From Myxococcota bacterium (GTDB lineage Bacteria > Myxococcota_A > UBA796 > GCA-2862545), in assembly GCA_039208735.1 (NCBI GenBank), contig JBCCQY010000085.1:1-37458 (forward strand): DNA of 37,458 nt, given 5' to 3'. Shown here piece by piece: positions 34,236 to 37,458 of the stretch (positions are counted from its first letter, which is position 1; each line of letters starts with the position of its first letter). Under the pieces are notes generated by a model. The model ran no database searches, was not told the origin of the DNA, and saw only the letters and a program-made list of their open reading frames with translations. A program made the position numbers and the translations under genes.

Positions 34236-35030
34236 TCAGGCGTACCGCGTCCATCGATCGTCTCGCACAAAACCGTACAGTCGCATGCTAGACCGTTCGG
34301 CAAGTTCCACCGCCAGCGACGAGGCCGCACCGAACGCAATCACGGCCGGAACACCCGCCACACGGGCCTTCTGAACGATCTCGAATCCCGCACGACCACT
34401 CACGACCAAGAAGCGATCGTCGACGGGAACCTGATCCGCCAACAACCGCGCCCCCAATACCTTGTCGACCGCGTTGTGACGTCCGATGTCTTCGAACGGC
34501 GGCGCAAGCTCGCCCGTGGGGGTCATGAGGGTTGCTCCGTGCAGTCCCCCCGTGCGCCGAAACACGGGCTGCAGCGAATGCAATCGACCTGGCAACCCCG
34601 CGAGGATCGCCTCGTCGACATCGGTGGGGAGGATCGGGGTGGTGGCCGTCACCTCCACCTGGTCGAGGCGAGTCTTGCCGCACAAGCCGCACGCACTTGT
34701 GGCGACGACCTCGCGCTGGGCGCGACGGAGGGCCTCCCGATGGGCTGCGACCCCACTCGCCAACCGGACCGCCATGACGTTCTGGCCACCGTCGCCGCCA
34801 AGATGGTCGAGAGCCGAAAGGTCATCTGGACCATCGATGACCCCCTCGCTGTAGAGGAATCCCGCCGCCAACACGCGGTCATGGCCCGGTGTTCGCATCG
34901 TGACAACCAGCGGTTCACCCTCGACGCGAATCTCGAGCGGTTCCTCGATCACCAGCTCGTCGTCTGCCCATGGTGCTGCATTTCGTTGGGTCGCGCGGAC
35001 CACCGTGCCCGTCGCCCGATGATCGGCCAT
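34236..35030 (-). CDS. fdhD: Formate dehydrogenase accessory sulfurtransferase
   Basis: EEPLEI, MRTPG, AGFLYSEG, SACGLCG, TGGLHGA, EDIGRHNAVDK and SGRAGFE motifs. Confidence 0.95.
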   Translation of the reverse strand: MADHRATGTVVRATQRNAAPWADDELVIEEPLEIRVEGEPLVVTMRTPGHDRVLAAGFLYSEGVIDGPDDLSALDHLGGDGGQNVMAVRLASGVAAHREALRRAQREVVATSACGLCGKTRLDQVEVTATTPILPTDVDEAILAGLPGRLHSLQPVFRRTGGLHGATLMTPTGELAPPFEDIGRHNAVDKVLGARLLADQVPVDDRFLVVSGRAGFEIVQKARVAGVPAVIAFGAASSLAVELAERSSMRLYGFVRDDRWTRYA

Positions 35031-35172
35031 CGAACCGCCCCGTGTTACGCGGAGTAGCACGTTCATAGACACGCTGCGGCCGGACGGACCCGGCTCCAGC
35101 ACAAACACCGGACCCGCTCGTCCGCGTTGGGCCCCGTTCTCGTGACGTGGGCCGGTTTTGAGGATGTTCCGC

Positions 35173-37365
35173 ATGAGTGATGCGCTTGAGATGTGGAGTG
35201 ACCGTATGGGCAAGGCCCAATCGGTCGAGGACCAACGTGCGCTCCTGGCCGACCTGGCGGTTTGGCGTGCGCGCCATCTGTCTGACGTCGTGGCCACGCG
35301 CCGCGCGACCTACACCATCGCCAGATTGCACCAGCGCTTAGGCAACCAGAGCCAAGCGCTCGCCGAGGCCCAGTCGCTGGCTTCGCTGTTTCGCACGCCG
35401 CCGAAGCCGACCGACGAAGCCACCGCGTCGGCGACGGCGTTGTTTACAAGCCTCGGTCAAGCCGTGCCCGAGATGAGCCAGACCGGGGCTCGGAGAGGCC
35501 GAAACCGCGATCGCGATCGGGAACGTCCCGAACGCCGGAGGGACCGCGAGAATCCGAAACGGGAGCGCCCGGCGAAGAACAACAATTCCAACCAGAAGAA
35601 CGGCGTACAGGACGCCAAGCGCGCCGCTCAGGACGGCGACTTTGGCAAGGTCCTGAAGGAACTCGAGGGTGCTCGGGGTCCATCGGCCGCCGTTCTTCGC
35701 GCGTATGCGGAGCTTTCCACCCTGCTGCAGGGTGAAACGATCGAGAAGGGATCCCTTGAGAGCATCCGGCAGGAGCTGGGGCGTGCGGCAGGCCTTCGCC
35801 ACAGCGCTCCTCCGTCCGGCGATGACCCGTTGTCCAAGCTGGTGGGCCAGCCTGTCCCAACCCGCCGCCCCGCTCGGATCCGCGTCCTCGAACAGTTTGC
35901 GGAAGCCCATCCGGATCGCGTCGACGAACTCGCCGACGTGGCCTTGCGCCAGCACGTCGTGGCCTCCGGCAAGGATGCTCCCGCACCCTGGCTGGTGGGC
36001 TTCGTGGGTCGGGCGCTGGCCACCTCCGAGGGCTCGCGCACCCGAGCCGCTATCGGCGATCTTCGCCAACAGTCGGCTTTCGCGGTCAAGGCCTACGACG
36101 AATGGCCGTTCGAGCGTTTGCTTCGGGTCATGAAGCACGCGATTGCCGAGGGGTTCAAGCTCGGCCCGCTGCGGCGCGGCGTTCTGGCCCGTGAAGAACC
36201 GGACGATCGCAAACTGTGGACGCTCCGACTCACCGGGCCCGATGGAATCGAGCGCATGATCGCGGTCGGACCGCACGCCACGAACGCGTACGTGGGCAAC
36301 CTCTCTGAGACCCTCGCGGCACGCCTCGTCAGCCTGTCTCCGCGAACGTTGTTCCTGGGGACTGGGTTCGGCAACGAGGCCCTTCGCAAGGCGGTAGAAG
36401 CCCAAGGCCTCGGTACGCTTGAACACGACACCGATGATGCCGCGATTCTTACTGCCACGTTGGCCGTCGAAGGACCCAAGCGCGCCGAGGGCGCTGGCCA
36501 GACGCCTCCTGCACAGCTTGTGGCGGCCTTGACGGCCGAGCCCTTCGAGGCCGACGCAGTGGGTGAAGCCGTCCAGCGATTCCGTCGACCGGACCGGGCC
36601 CTGCGTTCGGTCGTCAAGCTCGACCTCGACGACGAGCGGACCGCCGCCCTGTTGGCGGCGGTTCACGAAGCGGTTCCCGCCGACCAGGTCATTCCCGAAG
36701 GCACGACGCTGGCGGTTCGGACCGCGGCCACCGGGCCCAAGACCTTGGCCCTCATCGAGTCCGGGCCGGCCGCGGCTCGGTTCGGAGGACCGAACATCAC
36801 TCAAGTGGTGGAGGTCACGCGGACGGCCTTGTCCGATGGCTGGATCTTGCATCGCGTTTTGCAAGGCCCAACTCGCCGTGAAATCCGCAACCATCCTCCC
36901 GTTCAACCGCTCGCTAGCTCCCTCGACGGGCTGTGGCGCTTGTTGGTCCGACGGGGCGACCAGCGTGGAGAACTCTGGTACGTCGCGGTGCTTCCGCCCG
37001 AAGGCCGCGGTGCGATCCCCATGCTCCTCCTGGAGCAGCACGAGCGCGCCGTCGTTCTTGCCGCAGACGAAGAACTCGTCAACTGGTGGGGCACGCTGAG
37101 CAGTGCGCCGGCCGGCATCGCATGGTCGCCGGAGGCCGCCGATGCCGTGAAGTCTGCCCTGAACGGATTCGCGGCCGAAGCGCCCCGTACCGACAACGGG
37201 GCCCCCGCGGCAGAGGCGCCGGCTTCCGAGACTCCCGAAACGCCAGCCCCCGAGGCGCCGGCTCCCGAGACTCCCGAAACGCCGGCTCCCGAGACGCCAG
37301 AGGCTTCGGCTCCCGAAGTGCCCTCCGCCCCCGAAGAGCCCCCGACGCCTGACGCGAACGCGTAG
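35173..37365 (+). CDS. Large hypothetical protein with an Arg/Glu-rich insert and a Pro/Glu/Thr-rich tail
   Basis: ~730-codon ORF with strong GC3 bias; start uncertain (35158-35206); no family recognised. Confidence 0.8.
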   Translation: MSDALEMWSDRMGKAQSVEDQRALLADLAVWRARHLSDVVATRRATYTIARLHQRLGNQSQALAEAQSLASLFRTPPKPTDEATASATALFTSLGQAVPEMSQTGARRGRNRDRDRERPERRRDRENPKRERPAKNNNSNQKNGVQDAKRAAQDGDFGKVLKELEGARGPSAAVLRAYAELSTLLQGETIEKGSLESIRQELGRAAGLRHSAPPSGDDPLSKLVGQPVPTRRPARIRVLEQFAEAHPDRVDELADVALRQHVVASGKDAPAPWLVGFVGRALATSEGSRTRAAIGDLRQQSAFAVKAYDEWPFERLLRVMKHAIAEGFKLGPLRRGVLAREEPDDRKLWTLRLTGPDGIERMIAVGPHATNAYVGNLSETLAARLVSLSPRTLFLGTGFGNEALRKAVEAQGLGTLEHDTDDAAILTATLAVEGPKRAEGAGQTPPAQLVAALTAEPFEADAVGEAVQRFRRPDRALRSVVKLDLDDERTAALLAAVHEAVPADQVIPEGTTLAVRTAATGPKTLALIESGPAAARFGGPNITQVVEVTRTALSDGWILHRVLQGPTRREIRNHPPVQPLASSLDGLWRLLVRRGDQRGELWYVAVLPPEGRGAIPMLLLEQHERAVVLAADEELVNWWGTLSSAPAGIAWSPEAADAVKSALNGFAAEAPRTDNGAPAAEAPASETPETPAPEAPAPETPETPAPETPEASAPEVPSAPEEPPTPDANA
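37213..37290 (+). repeat. Intragenic 39-bp tandem repeat (2 near-identical copies plus partial copies) encoding EAPA(S/P)ETPETPAP
   Basis: gaggcgccggcttccgagactcccgaaacgccagccccc followed by gaggcgccggctcccgagactcccgaaacgccggctccc. Confidence 0.85.
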
Positions 37366-37458
37366 TCCAGGCGTTCGGGGCGGTCCTTCGCCTGCACCCA
37401 GGAGGTGCGGGCCTCTCGGGGTGACGAGGCGATACGTAGCGAGCTACACCGCTGCGCA

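Noticed and set aside
37366..37458. Possible 3' end of a minus-strand gene at the right edge
   Set aside because: Only a few codons are visible, which is insufficient evidence.

Overview
A 37.5-kb, high-GC, gene-dense bacterial chromosomal segment. The TIGR02996-type protein, the Pro/Thr-rich tail-anchored protein and the many lipoproteins suggest Myxococcota or a relative (inference). No rRNA, tRNA, CRISPR array or mobile element is evident. Left edge: a partial TIR-STAND (NB-ARC-like) gene that the ORF track misses, divergent from a coupled HD-hydrolase + nucleotidyltransferase pair. Next come catabolic genes (acyl-CoA synthetase, L-2-hydroxyglutarate-oxidase-like flavoprotein, amidase) and a CAAX-protease/HTH unit with a perfect 30-bp palindromic operator. 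The middle holds a split histidine pathway: hisD alone on the minus strand, and hisG-C-B-H-F plus a HisA-HisI-HisE fusion resembling fungal HIS4. Between the two parts lies a highly divergent PolA-like gene with apparently dead nuclease domains and a Glu-to-Gly change at the sugar steric gate. The right half has arylsulfotransferase-like, sulfatase-like and S41-like lipoproteins, a hydrolase-TetR unit with tandem operators, a broken AraC gene plus a VOC gene, an fdhD-kinase unit and a large orphan. All family calls come from motif recognition by eye; no database search was run.
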